Part shown: in pieces, positions 20,595 to 31,721 of the stretch
Position numbering within the stretch: the first letter of the stretch is position 1
How the letters are laid out: each line of letters begins with the position of its first letter
Source: an uncultured Gammaproteobacteria bacterium
GTDB lineage: Bacteria; Pseudomonadota; Gammaproteobacteria; UBA9214
NCBI GenBank assembly: GCA_963773065.1
Contig: CAVYZN010000008.1
Span: forward strand, 32,001-96,000
DNA length: 64,000 nt
Direction: 5' to 3'
The notes under the pieces: model-generated
Told to the model about the DNA's origin: nothing
The model's database searches: none
What the model saw: only the letters and a program-made list of their open reading frames with translations
Program-made: the position numbers and the translations under genes

Positions 20595-21293
20595 TCAGTC
20601 CGCCGCCGGCGGGCGGTAGTAGCGGGTGGGGTCGGGAATCCCGGCCTCGCGGAATCCCCGGGCGCGCAGGCGGCAGGAATCGCACGCCCCGCAGGCGCGG
20701 CCCTCGGCGTCGGCCTGGTAGCAGGAGACGGTGAGGCTGTAATCGAGGCCCAGGCGGGCGCCCTCCTGAATGATCCCGGCCTTGCTCAGCCGGATCAGGG
20801 GGGCATGCACGTGAAAGCGCGCGCCCTCGACGCCCGCCCGGGTCGCGAGACCGGCGAGGCGCTCGAAGGCCTCGATGTACTCCGGCCGGCAGTCCGGGTA
20901 GCCGGAATAATCCACCGCATTCACCCCGATAAACAGGTCGCGCGCGCCCAGCACTTCCGCCCACCCCAGCGCCAGCGCCAGGAAGACCGTGTTGCGCGCC
21001 GGCACGTAGGTGACGGGGATGCCGGCGGCGGGCTGCTCGGGTACGGCGATCGTCATATCCGTCAGGGCGGACCCGCCGAACTGTTCGAGGCCGATACGGA
21101 TGAGCCTGTGCTCCACCGCCCCGAGGGTCTGCGCGAGGCGCCGCGCCGCTCGCAGTTCCGCCTGGTGGCGCTGGCCATAGTCGAGGCTCAGGGCATGGCA
21201 CGCATAGCCCTGCTCCACGGCGAGCGCGAGCACGGTCGCGGAATCCAGCCCTCCCGAGAGGAGTACGACGGCTTTTGGGTGGTCCTTGGGCAT
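20595..21293 (-). CDS. queC: 7-cyano-7-deazaguanine synthase
   Basis: [33 protein letters not shown]. Confidence 0.95.
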   Translation of the reverse strand: MPKDHPKAVVLLSGGLDSATVLALAVEQGYACHALSLDYGQRHQAELRAARRLAQTLGAVEHRLIRIGLEQFGGSALTDMTIAVPEQPAAGIPVTYVPARNTVFLALALGWAEVLGARDLFIGVNAVDYSGYPDCRPEYIEAFERLAGLATRAGVEGARFHVHAPLIRLSKAGIIQEGARLGLDYSLTVSCYQADAEGRACGACDSCRLRARGFREAGIPDPTRYYRPPAAD

Positions 21294-21353
21294 CCTATGA
21301 CAGGGCTTGGTTCGGGCTCATCCGGTGAACTCTTCCATGAGCGTCGGCCGCAG

Positions 21354-21405
21354 GAAAACATGGATGTTCAAGTGTTGCGTGAGGAGCGGGCATGCCCGGC
21401 GCGAC
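21354..21405 (+). repeat. Diverged copy of the 48-nt ANGGA-loop element
   Basis: AACATGGATGTT-CAAGT-GTTGCGTGAGG...GCC...GCGAC has the same layout as 32300-32347. Confidence 0.5.
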
Positions 21406-21430
21406 ATGCTGATGATTAAGCATCGGCAGG

Positions 21431-21453
21431 TTCGCGGGCAAGCCCGCTCCTAC
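21431..21453 (-). repeat. GTAG-type REP sequence
   Basis: Minus strand GTAGGAGCGGGCTTGCCCGCGAA; second partial copy at 31005-31021. Confidence 0.75.
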
Positions 21454-21524
21454 ACCCGATTTATATCGAAAAATTCGTGGTGCCCTCAGTGTCAGGAGGA
21501 AGTATCTGTCGTGTCCGCCATGGT

Positions 21525-22197
21525 TCACCTGCCCCGCGCATTTCCCCACAGTTGCTTGTGCAACTGCAACTGCAGGCGCACCGGCAGGCGGTCATCGAGT
21601 ATCCAGTCCGCCAGTTCCGTGGCATCCTGCTGCCCGTGGCTGGGCGAGAACAGGATTTCACAGGTCGCATCCAGTTGGTAGTGGCCGATGATCTCGCGGG
21701 CCCACTGGTAATCCGCGCGATTACAGATGACGAACTTGACCTGGTCGTTCCGGCCCAGGGCGCCGAGATTCTCGTAGCGGTTGCGTTCCACCTCGCCCGA
21801 TCCGGGCGTCTTCAGGTCCATGACCTTGATCACGCGCGGATCGACCTCGTCCACGGCAAGGGCGCCGCTGGTCTCGAGTGAAACCGTATAGCCGGCATCA
21901 CACAGCTCCCGCAGCAATTTGAGGCAGTCCTTCTGCGCCAGCGGCTCACCGCCCGTCACGGTCACATAACGGGGCCGATACGCGGCGACTCGCGCCAGGA
22001 TGTCCGAGAGCCCCAGCCACTCGCCCGCCTTGAAAGGCGTAACCGGTATCGCAATACCCGCAACGCAGGGGACACCCCGTCAGGCGGATAAAAGCCGTCG
22101 GGCACCCCGCGGTGAGCGACTCGCCCTGCAGGGAATAGAAGATTTCCGTGATCCGCAGGCGATCCTTGCCGGCATGTGGTGTTTCGTCAGCCTGCAT
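21525..22197 (-). CDS. queE: 7-carboxy-7-deazaguanine synthase, radical SAM (frameshift near 22030)
   Basis: EIFYSLQGE, CPLRCGYCDT, VTGGEPL, QLHK.LWG. Confidence 0.92.
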
Positions 22198-22263
22198 AGT
22201 TCCAGAATTTCACCACGGAGACGCATGATGGCGGAGATTGCGACCCCGCGGTGATCCCATCGA

Positions 22264-23112
22264 TTAGTGACCACTCTCGTTCATGCGTTGCAGACGGTCA
22301 CCCGCCAGACGGGCCTCGGTGGTGCCGGGGTAGCCGGTGACCAGGGCGTTCAACTCCTTGCGCGCCGCCGCCCAATCCTGCTTTTCATAATAGATGTAGC
22401 CGATTTTCAGCCGCGCGCCCGGCAGCTTGGGACTTTGCGGATAACCCTGGACCAGCTTGCTGAATGCCGCCAAGGCGCGATCGAAATCCCGGGTGACATA
22501 ATAGGTCTCGCCCAGCCAGTAATAGGCATTGTCGGTAAATCCGCTGCCCGGGTATGTCGCCAGAAACTGGTTGAAGGCGGTGGCCGCATCGGCATAACGC
22601 CCCTCCCGGAGTATCGCCAGCGCCTTTTCGTAATCGGCCTGCTCTTCCGCCGTGCTGACGGGAGGCGCCGCCGGCGCACGCACCGGTGCGGCAACCGGCG
22701 GCGGTGAAACCTCGGGTGCCGCAGCGGCCGGAGCCGGCGGGGCCGCAACAGCCGCAACCGGGGGCGCCGCCGTGGTGGTAGCAGGGGGCGCGGAGGCCGC
22801 CGCGCCGGGAGCCTGACCGGTTTCCAACTGCTGCAGGCGGCGGTCTATATCCAGATAAAGATCACGCTGCCGGCGCTGCATATCCTCCAGTTGGTGAACC
22901 TGTACCTCGATATCGCCGTGCAACTGCTGGACATCGCTCTGCAGCTTTTCAAGCTGGTTGAGCAGATCGATCAGCCCGCGGCCCTCGAGCTGGCGTTCGA
23001 TGCGATCGAGCCGTTCCTGGGTCGAGAGATCACTGGCCGAGTGGACCGGAGACACCAGCGCGGCGGCAAGCACCGCCGCACCGAACACTGCCTTGTTGCC
23101 GCAGCCGCGCAT
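22264..23112 (-). CDS. cpoB: Tol-Pal cell division coordinator CpoB (YbgF)
   Basis: Signal peptide, coiled coil, Pro/Ala linker, TPRs (NAYYWLGE); follows pal. Confidence 0.92.
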   Translation of the reverse strand: MRGCGNKAVFGAAVLAAALVSPVHSASDLSTQERLDRIERQLEGRGLIDLLNQLEKLQSDVQQLHGDIEVQVHQLEDMQRRQRDLYLDIDRRLQQLETGQAPGAAASAPPATTTAAPPVAAVAAPPAPAAAAPEVSPPPVAAPVRAPAAPPVSTAEEQADYEKALAILREGRYADAATAFNQFLATYPGSGFTDNAYYWLGETYYVTRDFDRALAAFSKLVQGYPQSPKLPGARLKIGYIYYEKQDWAAARKELNALVTGYPGTTEARLAGDRLQRMNESGH

Positions 23113-23113
23113 G

Positions 23114-23638
23114 TCAGTAGCCGACGTAGACGATCTCGACACGGCGGTTCAGCCGGTAGGCCGCCTCGCTATGCCCCTCGGCCGCCGGCTTTTCCTCGCC
23201 GTAACTGACGACGCTGATCTGCTGTGCCGCGACACCCTGCAATTCAAGGGCGCGCTTTATACCCTGGGCGCGCCGGTCACCCAGGCCGATGTTGTATTCA
23301 GGCGAACCGCGCTCATCCGCGTGCCCTTCCAGGGTCACCATCTGCTCGGGGTGGGCGGACAGATAACCCGCGTGTGCGGTGATCAGTTCCTGGTCTTCCG
23401 GCAGGATAGTGTCGCTGTCGTATTCGAAGTAGATGACGCGGCGCGACAAGGGGCTGTTCGGATCGGTCAGCGAAGCGCCGGCATACGAGCCGGTACCGGC
23501 AGCCCCGCTGGTCTCCGCGCCGCCCCCCATACTGCGATCCTCGACCGCGGCGCCGCCGCCCTTTTTGGCGGCCGTGCTGCAGCCGGCCAGCACGGCAACC
23601 AGCGCCAGGGCGATAAAACTGTTCATCTGAGGTTTCAT
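23114..23638 (-). CDS. pal: Peptidoglycan-associated lipoprotein
   Basis: LAGC lipobox, EGHADERGSPEYN, SYGEEKP, NRRVE. Confidence 0.96.
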   Translation of the reverse strand: MKPQMNSFIALALVAVLAGCSTAAKKGGGAAVEDRSMGGGAETSGAAGTGSYAGASLTDPNSPLSRRVIYFEYDSDTILPEDQELITAHAGYLSAHPEQMVTLEGHADERGSPEYNIGLGDRRAQGIKRALELQGVAAQQISVVSYGEEKPAAEGHSEAAYRLNRRVEIVYVGY

Positions 23639-23686
23639 TGCTTTTTCTCCTGAGTTTGGAAAGACACACTAGTGTTGAAACAATCC

Positions 23687-24986
23687 TTATCTCCGCTGGT
23701 AGGGAGACCAGACCGGTTCACGGACATTTCCCGCCTGCAGCGACAGCCGCTGGCGAAAACGGCCGTCCGTGGACACGGCCGACAGCACACCCCGGTTGCC
23801 CGCCTCGGTGGCATAGATGATCATGCTGCCATTAGGCGAGAAACTGGGAGATTCATCAAGGGTCCCGTCGGTCAGCACCCGCAGCAGGCCCGAATCGAGA
23901 TCGAGCACGGCGATCCGGTACGCCCCGTCCTCGCCGTGCACCATAGCAAGTTTACGGCCATCCGGCGAGTAATCCGCCCCGGCATTGTATTTGCCGTCAA
24001 ACGTCAGGCGCTGCGGCTGTCCACCCGCAGGCGGCAATCCGGTATAACTGCGGGGAACCGCCGCGGTCCGAGGTGAACACGATGCTCTTGCCATCCGGCG
24101 CCCAGACCGGTTCGGTATCGATGGCGGGGCTGTTGGTCAGCCGCTTGAGGGCCTTGGAATTCAGGTCCATGACGTAGATTTCCGGGTTGCCATCCTGCGA
24201 CAGAGTCAATGCCAGGCGTTGTCCGTCCGGGGCCCAGGCGGGCGCGCCGTTGATGCCCGGAAAGGAGGCCACCTTGCGCCGGGAGCCCGAGGCGACATCC
24301 TGCAGATAGATCTCCGCGGCCTTCTTCTCGAAGGTGACATAGGCGATCTGCCTGCCGTCCGCCGACCACGCCGGCGACATCAGCGGCTGGTTGGAACGCA
24401 GGATCGTCTGGGGACTATAGCCGTCCGAGTCGGCCACCAGCAGAGTATAGGATTTTGCCGCGCCCGATCCGTCCGTGGTGATATAGGCGATCTGCGTATT
24501 GAAGGCGCCCTTTTCACCGGTAAGCTGCTCGTAGATCAGATCACTGATGTGATGGGCCACCCGCCGCAAGTCGGCGCGGCTGGCCGGGAAGCTGTAGCCG
24601 ATAAGCTGGTTGCTGCGAAATACATCCAGCAGTTGAAACTGGACATTGTATTGCTGCGCTCCGGCTTCGCTGACCTTGCCGATCACCATGTCATCGACAT
24701 TGAGCATGCGCCAGGTCTGATACTGCACCTGGGCGATGTCGGTTGGCCGGGAGACCAGTTCGCTATCGGGCAGCGGCGCGAACCGCCCGCTGCGACTGAG
24801 GTCGGAGGAGATGATCGCGGCGACATTCTCCGGCGCCGGGCCGCCGGAACCAGACCCGCCGAAGGGGATCACGGCTATGGGTATCGCGCCTTCCATGCCC
24901 TTGGTAATTTCGATGGTAAGGTCGCTGTAAACCGGCCGCGCCAGCAGCAGTAGAAGGAGTAACAGGGGTCGTCGATAAGGTTTCAC
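23687..24986 (-). CDS. tolB: TolB (frameshift near 24035)
   Basis: PIAVIPF, DLSRSGRF, PD40 repeats (SPAWS.DG, DESPSFSPNG); tol-pal order. Confidence 0.93.
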
Positions 24987-25005
24987 GGGTTCTCGGTTTC
25001 CTGGT

Positions 25006-25884
25006 TCAGTTGGGTTTAAAGATCAGACGCAGATCGCGGAAATGCTTGAACAGGGCCGCATCCGGCGGCAGCGGCAAGGGGGACGCCTTGTAGACGGCCG
25101 TCTCGACGGAGCGATCGAATACCGGATCGCCGCTGCTGCGCACGATCTCCACGCGGGCGACATCCCCGCCGGGAATCAGGCTGACCTGCACCACGCAGGA
25201 CAGGCCCGCGGCGCTGCCCGGAGGACGCAGCCAACTGCGCTGAATCCGTTCCTGGATATAAGCAATGTATTCGTTCACGACGCCTTGGACGCGCCCCGCC
25301 TCCATGCGATCCTGCTCCGCGGCCAGTTGCGACTGCAGCGCCTGTTCCGACTCACGCCGCTGCGCTTCCTCCGCCTTGCGTTTCTGGTCCGACTCGGCCT
25401 TGCGCTTGGCCTCCAGATCGGCCTGACGCTTGCGCTCGGCTTCCGCCTTCTGCTTGGCCGCCTGCTCGGCTTTCTGCTTGGCCGCCTGCTCGGCCTGCTG
25501 CTTCGCCTCCAGCTCGGCCTGGCGCTTGCGTTCGGCTTCCGCTTTCTGTTTGGCCGCCTGCTCGGCTTTCTGCTTCGCTGCCTGCTCTGCCTGCTGCTTG
25601 CGCGCCGCCTCGGCCTGGCGCTGTTCCTCGGCCTGGCGTTGCTCCTCGAGCGCCGCCTGGCGCTTGGCTTCCTCGATCTTGCGCTGCTCCGCCTGCTTCT
25701 TTTCCGCCGCGGCATCCAGTTGCCGCTGATCGACCAGCTCGGCCGGTATCGGCACCTGCTGACCGGCGGGGCGGCTGATCTTGGGCGTCCAGTCGAGACT
25801 GAAAACCAGCAGCGCCAGCAGTATCAGGTGCATCAGCACCGCGTACATCACGGCGCGCGGATTCTCGCGTATGGCCTGCCACAT
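25006..25884 (-). CDS. tolA: TolA
   Basis: N-terminal TM with His, A/E/K/Q-rich helical repeats, C-terminal SSGDPVFDRS..AVYKASPLP. Confidence 0.92.
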   Translation of the reverse strand: MWQAIRENPRAVMYAVLMHLILLALLVFSLDWTPKISRPAGQQVPIPAELVDQRQLDAAAEKKQAEQRKIEEAKRQAALEEQRQAEEQRQAEAARKQQAEQAAKQKAEQAAKQKAEAERKRQAELEAKQQAEQAAKQKAEQAAKQKAEAERKRQADLEAKRKAESDQKRKAEEAQRRESEQALQSQLAAEQDRMEAGRVQGVVNEYIAYIQERIQRSWLRPPGSAAGLSCVVQVSLIPGGDVARVEIVRSSGDPVFDRSVETAVYKASPLPLPPDAALFKHFRDLRLIFKPN

Positions 25885-26321
25885 GATGCCGCTATTCGCC
25901 TTCCGGGGGTTCGCGTAACCAGCCCCACGCTGGGCGCGCCGGCCTGCTGCAACAGCACCATGGCCGCTATCACGCTGCCATAGTCCGCCGCCTTGTCGCC
26001 TCGTACCAGCACGCTCGTGTCCTGCCGGCGGTGCAGCACCGCCGCCACGCGCTGCTTGAGGTCATCCCCGCTGATGGGCTTGCCCGGGTCATCCGCGATA
26101 TTGAGATACAGGTTCCCGGCCGCGTCCACGTTGACCACCAGCGGTTCCTGCTGCTCGGGCGGCAGGGCTTCGGCGCTCGCCTCGGGCAGGTCCACCTTGA
26201 CACCCTGCGTCAACAAGGGCGCCGTGATCATGAAGATAACCAGCATGACCAGCATGACGTCGATATACGGCACGACGTTGATTTCAGCCATGGGGCGTTT
26301 GCGAACTCGATGGCGTGCCAT
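25848..26321 (-). CDS. tolR: TolR
   Basis: AEINVVPYIDVMLVMLVIFMITAP; true stop probably near 25890. Confidence 0.93.
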   Translation of the reverse strand: MARHRVRKRPMAEINVVPYIDVMLVMLVIFMITAPLLTQGVKVDLPEASAEALPPEQQEPLVVNVDAAGNLYLNIADDPGKPISGDDLKQRVAAVLHRRQDTSVLVRGDKAADYGSVIAAMVLLQQAGAPSVGLVTRTPGRRIAASCGRPYARIRAP

Positions 26322-26389
26322 ATTAGTCCATTCCCCTCGTGCCGTTAATCACTTCCGCTCACCTTAGTTTGCGCTTCAGGAACAGGCAT

Positions 26390-27064
26390 TCAAGCGTGCG
26401 CCTGGCGTTGCAGGATGGTCGAGAATTCCTCGAGAAAATTGTCGTAGCGGTTGATCAGCCGTTCCACGTCGTTTGAATAGCGGTTGTAGGCAATCACCGC
26501 CGGTATGGCGGCGAACAGGCCCATCGCCGTGGCGATCAGGGCTTCCGCGATGCCGGGCGCCACCATCGCAAGGGTTGCCTGCTGCGCATTGCCCAGGCCG
26601 CGGAACGCATTCATGATGCCCCACACGGTGCCGAAGAGACCGACGTAGGGACTGGTCGAGCCGACCGTGGCCAGAAACGAGAGGTGCGTCTCCAGTTCGT
26701 CCGTTTCCCGTGACAGAACCACGCGCATCACCCGTTGCGCGCCTTCCACGACGGCCCGCGGTTCGACGCCGAGCTGCTTGTGCAGCCGGGCAAATTCACT
26801 GAACCCGGCATGAAAGATTCCGGCCATGCCAATGGCGTCATCTTCCTGCTTGGACACCTCGCGATACAGCGCTCCCAAATCACCACCGGACCAGAACCGG
26901 CGCTCGAATTCATCCGCGGCCAGACGCGCCTCCCGCAGCACGGCACGCCGCCTGAAGATCATGGTCCAGGACACCATCGAAACCGTCAGCAGCAACACCA
27001 TCACCAGTTGCACCACGGTGCTGGCGCCTGAAATCAGGTGAAAAAATGACATGTCAGTCGACAT
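26390..27064 (-). CDS. tolQ: TolQ
   Basis: FWSGGDL, GSTSPYVGLFGTVWGIM, APGIAEALIATAMGLFAAIPAV. Confidence 0.96.
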   Translation of the reverse strand: MSTDMSFFHLISGASTVVQLVMVLLLTVSMVSWTMIFRRRAVLREARLAADEFERRFWSGGDLGALYREVSKQEDDAIGMAGIFHAGFSEFARLHKQLGVEPRAVVEGAQRVMRVVLSRETDELETHLSFLATVGSTSPYVGLFGTVWGIMNAFRGLGNAQQATLAMVAPGIAEALIATAMGLFAAIPAVIAYNRYSNDVERLINRYDNFLEEFSTILQRQAHA

Positions 27065-27467
27065 GCGGTATCTCCTTCAAGATAAATTCGGGGATAGGCC
27101 GGGATCTGAAAGACGCCGCATCCAGGCAGGCGATCCGGATGCTCGCGGTGCACAGGGGTCCGTGGGCGTCACCGTGGCGGCTGACCACCTGTTCAAATGA
27201 CAGGCTGGCGCGGCGGCGTTCCCGCAGGCGCACGCTCACTTCAAGCAGATCATTGAAACGGGCGGGTCGCAGGTATTCCAGGCTGGCGGATCTTACCGCA
27301 AACAAGATCCCTTCATCCCCAATCAATGCATCCTGTTCAAAACCCAGCCTGCGCAACCATTCCGTCCGTGCCCGCTCCATAAACCGCAGATAGTTGGCGT
27401 AATAAACCACGCCGCCGCTGTCTGTATCCTCGTAATAGACGCGTACCGTCCATTGAAAATCAGTCAC
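27054..27467 (-). CDS. ybgC: Tol-Pal-associated acyl-CoA thioesterase
   Basis: RVYYEDTDSGGVVYYANYL.FMERARTE; GTG start assumed. Confidence 0.93.
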   Translation of the reverse strand: MTDFQWTVRVYYEDTDSGGVVYYANYLRFMERARTEWLRRLGFEQDALIGDEGILFAVRSASLEYLRPARFNDLLEVSVRLRERRRASLSFEQVVSRHGDAHGPLCTASIRIACLDAASFRSRPIPEFILKEIPHVD

Positions 27468-27589
27468 CGGCAAATAGTTCCCCTCCAATGACCGCGGGCC
27501 GGCGCATGAACTCCCTGGAGACGGCGCCCGCCGGGCAATGACTGTCACCGGCACGACGGAAGTCTCCTGCCTGGCGTGTAGCTATCTGA

Positions 27590-28639
27590 CTACCGGCCGT
27601 TCGGGAATAATTCAAGCGCATCGGCTGCGGATTGTGCGGCAGGCGGCTTGAGACCGCAATGCAGGTAGGCAGTGCGCGTCGCCATGCGCCCGCGCGGGGT
27701 GCGCATGAGGTAACCCTGCTGAATCAGGTAAGGTTCCAGCACATCCTCGATGGTGCCGCGTTCCTCCCCGATGGCGGCGGAAAGATTGTCCACGCCCACC
27801 GGGCCGCCGTCGAATTTCTCGATGATGGTCAGCAGCAATTTGCGGTCCTGGGCATCGAAGCCCTGCTTGTCCACATTCAGCATGTCCATGGCCAGCGCGG
27901 CGACCGTGGTGTTGATCCGCCCGTCCGCCTTGACCTCGGCGTAATCACGCACGCGGCGCAACAGGCGGTTGGCGATGCGCGGTGTGCCGCGCGAGCGCTG
28001 CGCCAGCTCCATCGCCCCGGCCGCGTCGATTTCGATGCCGAGTATCCCGGCGGCGCGGCGCAAGATGGTCGACAGATCCGCCGTCGTGTAGAACTCGAGC
28101 CGCTGCACGATGCCGAAACGGTCACGCAATGGCGATGTCAATAACCCGGCGCGCGTGGTGGCGCCAACCAGGGTGAAGGGAGGCAGATCCAGCTTGATGG
28201 AGCGCGCCGCCGGCCCCTCGCCGATCATGATATCGAGCTGGAAGTCTTCCATGGCCGGATAGAGGATTTCCTCGACCACCGGGCTCAGCCGATGGATCTC
28301 GTCCACGAACAGGACATCGTTGGCTTCGAGATTGGTCAGCAGGGCGGCGAGATCCCCGGGGCGCTCCAGCACCGGCCCGGCGGTATGGCGCAGGTGGACA
28401 CCCATCTCGTTGGCGATGATATGCGCCAGCGTGGTCTTGCCCAGGCCCGGCGGGCCGAAGATCAGGGTGTGGTCCAGCGCCTCGCCCCGCCGACGCGCCG
28501 CCCTGATGAAAATGTCCATCTGTTCAGATACCTGCGGCTGACCCACGTAGTCCTGCAGCGATTGCGGGCGAACGCTGCGGTCGAGGATCTCATCATCCTG
28601 CGTGCCTTGCGGGGTAACCAGGCGGTCGGCTTCGATCAT
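27590..28639 (-). CDS. ruvB: Holliday junction helicase RuvB
   Basis: [39 protein letters not shown]. Confidence 0.97.
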   Translation of the reverse strand: MIEADRLVTPQGTQDDEILDRSVRPQSLQDYVGQPQVSEQMDIFIRAARRRGEALDHTLIFGPPGLGKTTLAHIIANEMGVHLRHTAGPVLERPGDLAALLTNLEANDVLFVDEIHRLSPVVEEILYPAMEDFQLDIMIGEGPAARSIKLDLPPFTLVGATTRAGLLTSPLRDRFGIVQRLEFYTTADLSTILRRAAGILGIEIDAAGAMELAQRSRGTPRIANRLLRRVRDYAEVKADGRINTTVAALAMDMLNVDKQGFDAQDRKLLLTIIEKFDGGPVGVDNLSAAIGEERGTIEDVLEPYLIQQGYLMRTPRGRMATRTAYLHCGLKPPAAQSAADALELFPNGR

Positions 28640-28677
28640 AGGCGCTAAGTGTCGGCTCTCCCGCGGCCCGAATCAAG

Positions 28678-29280
28678 CTATTGAACGCTGGCCTGCAAGG
28701 CCGTGCGTATGATCTCCTCGGAGGACAATTCCGCGGTGTCGATGGCGCGCACCATGCGGCTGGCCTCCTGTGGCTTGTAACCCAGCCCGATGAGGGCCGT
28801 GACCGCATCCTCCAGGGGAGTGGCCGGCGCACGGACGGCGCCTCCGGCCGCCTGGCCTGACGGCCTGGTCACGGCCATGGCGTCCAGCCGGTCGCGCATT
28901 TCCATGACGAGCCGCTCGGCCGTCTTCCGGCCCACCCCCGGCAGGCGCACCAGCGTCGCAATATCCGCGGCCTGGATGCAGCACGCAAAGGTGGCGGCAT
29001 CCATGCCGGAAAGAATCGCCAGCGCCAGCTTGGCGCCGACGCCATTGACGCGCAGCAGATGTCGGAACAGATCCCGGTCCATGACCTTTGCAAAACCGTA
29101 CAGCACGTGGGCATCCTCGCGCACGACCAGGTGGGTATGGAGCGTCGCCTCGGAACCCGTGGCCGGCAGTTCATGGAATGTCGTGAGGGTCGCTTCCAGT
29201 TCGTAGCCGACGCCCTGCACGTCGAGCAGCAGGTGCGGCGGCTGCTTGTAGAGGATCCTGCCGCGCAGCAACCCGATCAT
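28678..29280 (-). CDS. ruvA: Holliday junction branch migration protein RuvA
   Basis: [40 protein letters not shown]. Confidence 0.96.
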   Translation of the reverse strand: MIGLLRGRILYKQPPHLLLDVQGVGYELEATLTTFHELPATGSEATLHTHLVVREDAHVLYGFAKVMDRDLFRHLLRVNGVGAKLALAILSGMDAATFACCIQAADIATLVRLPGVGRKTAERLVMEMRDRLDAMAVTRPSGQAAGGAVRAPATPLEDAVTALIGLGYKPQEASRMVRAIDTAELSSEEIIRTALQASVQ

Positions 29281-29795
29281 GCGGCGGGCCCCCCTGCGCA
29301 AGAGCGCAGGGCGGCGATGCGCTGGCGTGTCTGGCGGATGTGGCCATGGCAAATCGCCACGGCCAGGGCATCGGCGGCGTCGCTCGGCGGCCGCTTGCCG
29401 AGTGCGAGCAACACGCAGATCATGTGCTGGACCTGTTCCTTGCTCGCGCCGCCCTTGCCTACCACGGCCTGCTTGATCTCCCGGGCGGCGTATTCATCGA
29501 CCGGCACCGTGCGGGTGACGCCGGCACAGATCGCGGCGCCCCGGGCTTGGCCCAGTTTCAGGGCGGAATCCGCGTTCTTGTTCATGAACACCCGTTCGAT
29601 CGCCATTTCCTCCGGCCGGTAGTCATCGATAATCCGGCTTACCCCTTCGAAGATCATCCCCAGCCGGGCGGCGAGCGCATCGCCCTGGATACGGATACAG
29701 CCGCTCGCCACGTAACGGATCCGCTGACCGTCCTGGTCGATGATCCCGTAGCCGGTGACGCACGACCCGGGATCGATGCCGATGATCCGGGTCAT
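29277..29795 (-). CDS. ruvC: Crossover junction endonuclease RuvC
   Basis: [32 protein letters not shown]. Confidence 0.96.
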   Translation of the reverse strand: MTRIIGIDPGSCVTGYGIIDQDGQRIRYVASGCIRIQGDALAARLGMIFEGVSRIIDDYRPEEMAIERVFMNKNADSALKLGQARGAAICAGVTRTVPVDEYAAREIKQAVVGKGGASKEQVQHMICVLLALGKRPPSDAADALAVAICHGHIRQTRQRIAALRSCAGGPAA

Positions 29796-29879
29796 GCGGC
29801 CCGATCGCCCGTTTGTGGCGCTCTGTTGAAAATCATCACCAAACTATTTTCTCATGCCTCTCGTTGAACCGGTTTTTTC

Positions 29880-30092
29880 ACCGCAAAGACGCAAAGTTCG
29901 CAAAGAAATTCTTTAACAAAATCAATTAAGCAAGCTCTGATTAACTGAATGTATTTGTCATTGCAAGCTCAGCGCGGCAATCTGCAAGGTTGATATCCGC
30001 TCGCTTGGAGATTGCTTCGTCACTTCGTTCCTCGCAATGACGAATCAACTTGAGATTCCTTAATCAACTTTGCGACTTTGCGTCTTTGCGGT
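29880..30092. repeat. Three nested inverted-repeat elements
   Basis: Outer ACCGCAAAGACGCAAAG(T)TCGCAAAG / CTTTGCGACTTTGCGTCTTTGCGGT; middle TTAAGCAAGCTC / GAGATTCCTTAA; inner GTCATTGC..GCAATCT..AGATTGC..GCAATGAC (29957-30041). Confidence 0.8.
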
Positions 30093-30115
30093 ACATGACT
30101 CGGTGAATTTCCGGA

Positions 30116-30862
30116 TTAGCCCAGTTGCGCCAGGATGTCCTCGGGGATGTCCGCATTGGAGTAGACGTTCTGCACGTCGTCGAGCTCTTCCAGCGTTTCC
30201 AGCAGGCGCACCATCTTTTCCGCGTCCTCCAGTTCCAGGGTAGTCGAGTTGGCCGAGCGCATCGTCACTTCGGCCTGACCGGTTTCCAGCCCGGCGGCCG
30301 ACATGGCGTCCCGGACCGCAACGAACTGTTCCGGATCGGTCAGGACATCGATGGAACCATCGTCATAGGTGATGACGTCCTGCGCGCCGGCCTCGAGCGC
30401 GACCTCCATAATCCGGTCTTCATCGCTGCCGGGCGGATAGCTCAGCACCCCGGCCTTGGCGAACTGGTAGGCGACCGAACCGCCGGTGCCGAGGTTGCCG
30501 CCCGCCTTGGTGAAGGCATGGCGCACCTCCGCCACGGTACGGTTGCGGTTATCGGTCAGGCAATCGACCATGACGGCAATGCCGCCCGGGCCGTAACCCT
30601 CGTAACGGATTTCCTCGAAATGCTCGCCTTCCTGGGCGCCCGCACCGCGCTTGATGGCGCGCTCGATGGTGTCCTTGGTCATGTTGGCCGTGAGGGCCTT
30701 GTCCACCGCGAGGCGCAGCCGCGGGTTGGACGCCGGGTCCGGATCCCCCGCGCGCGCCGCCACGGTAATTTCACGAATCAGCTTGGTAAACAGCTTGCCG
30801 CGTTTGGCATCCTGGGCATTTTTACGGTGTTGGATATTGGCCCATTTACTGTGTCCTGCCAT
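30116..30862 (-). CDS. yebC: YebC/PmpR family protein
   Basis: [38 protein letters not shown]. Confidence 0.96.
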   Translation of the reverse strand: MAGHSKWANIQHRKNAQDAKRGKLFTKLIREITVAARAGDPDPASNPRLRLAVDKALTANMTKDTIERAIKRGAGAQEGEHFEEIRYEGYGPGGIAVMVDCLTDNRNRTVAEVRHAFTKAGGNLGTGGSVAYQFAKAGVLSYPPGSDEDRIMEVALEAGAQDVITYDDGSIDVLTDPEQFVAVRDAMSAAGLETGQAEVTMRSANSTTLELEDAEKMVRLLETLEELDDVQNVYSNADIPEDILAQLG

Positions 30863-31004
30863 GTTTGCCTCACCTCATCACGTGCAATGGGCGCATTTTA
30901 GCACCGCCCGGATGGCGAGTTATAGCCGGCGCGCCGCGCGATTACCACACAGACAACCGCGCACCCACGTGACCTACGGGAAAGGCGCCTGGTCGCGATC
31001 ACCC

Positions 31005-31021
31005 GTAGGAGCGGGCTTGCC
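31005..31021 (+). repeat. GTAG-type REP (partial)
   Basis: GTAGGAGCGGGCTTGCC, identical to the copy at 21437-21453. Confidence 0.6.
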
Positions 31022-31039
31022 GCAGCGGGTCTTCGAAGC

Positions 31040-31721
31040 AGCGCTATGTTTCCGGCAGGAAATAACAGACCTGGTCAGCCAACCGCTTCTGGACAAGCAC
31101 CAGGCCGGTGTGCGTGGTACTCAGCACGCATCGGCAACCCGCCTGGAGACGAGCCCCCCACGTGCGTGGTATCCGCGATGAGCTGGCCGCGCGCCCTCAA
31201 TCCGTGTTTCATGAGTTCACCACGCCGACGTTCACCCCGCTCAGCCGCCCATCAGCCGCCCGATACCCAGCGGGATGCGACCGGCGATCACACCCAGCGA
31301 CTGCCATCTGCGCCCACTGAGGTCGCCGCCCAGCAGGCCCTGTTCGCAGCTGCGACCGATCAGCCAGCGCAATCACCGGCGCTGCAGACGCTGGGCGACG
31401 GCGCTGCCCCCGGCCGGCTGCCCAGCAGCACGATGCGTCCCGGTGGTCAGGCCAGGCTCGTTTGCAAGGCGTGCAGGATCACCACACCGCCCAGACTGTG
31501 GCCGACCAGATGCAAACTGGTCCCGCAGGATTTGCCGTACCCTGTGGGCAGGCGCGGGCATTGTCCCGGACGTCCGGCGCAGGGACCGGTAGTTGAACAG
31601 CCGCGGCCGGTAGCCGCAACGGCGCAGCCGCCGCGCCAGCAGCACCAGTTCCAGCCTGCTCATCCAGGATACCGTGAACGAGTACGACGGTTTCGGGCAC
31701 TGTCGCGTTATCCGGTTTCAT
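31040..31721 (-). pseudogene. Small alpha/beta hydrolase (esterase/lipase-like), heavily frameshifted
   Basis: ETVVLVHG, HLVGHSLGG, GRIVLLGS, GVIAG motifs scattered across frames; may be poor consensus rather than true decay. Confidence 0.6.

Noticed and set aside
25330-25710. Tandem repeats in tolA
   Set aside because: Ordinary A/E/K/Q-rich helical repeats of TolA domain II.
25848-25900. 37-bp tolR/tolA overlap with extended TolR tail
   Set aside because: A single indel before a nearby TAG (about 25892) would explain it.
31040-31260. Apparent internal duplication at the 3' end of the small hydrolase
   Set aside because: The region is dense with indels and looks like poor consensus; it cannot be interpreted without reads.
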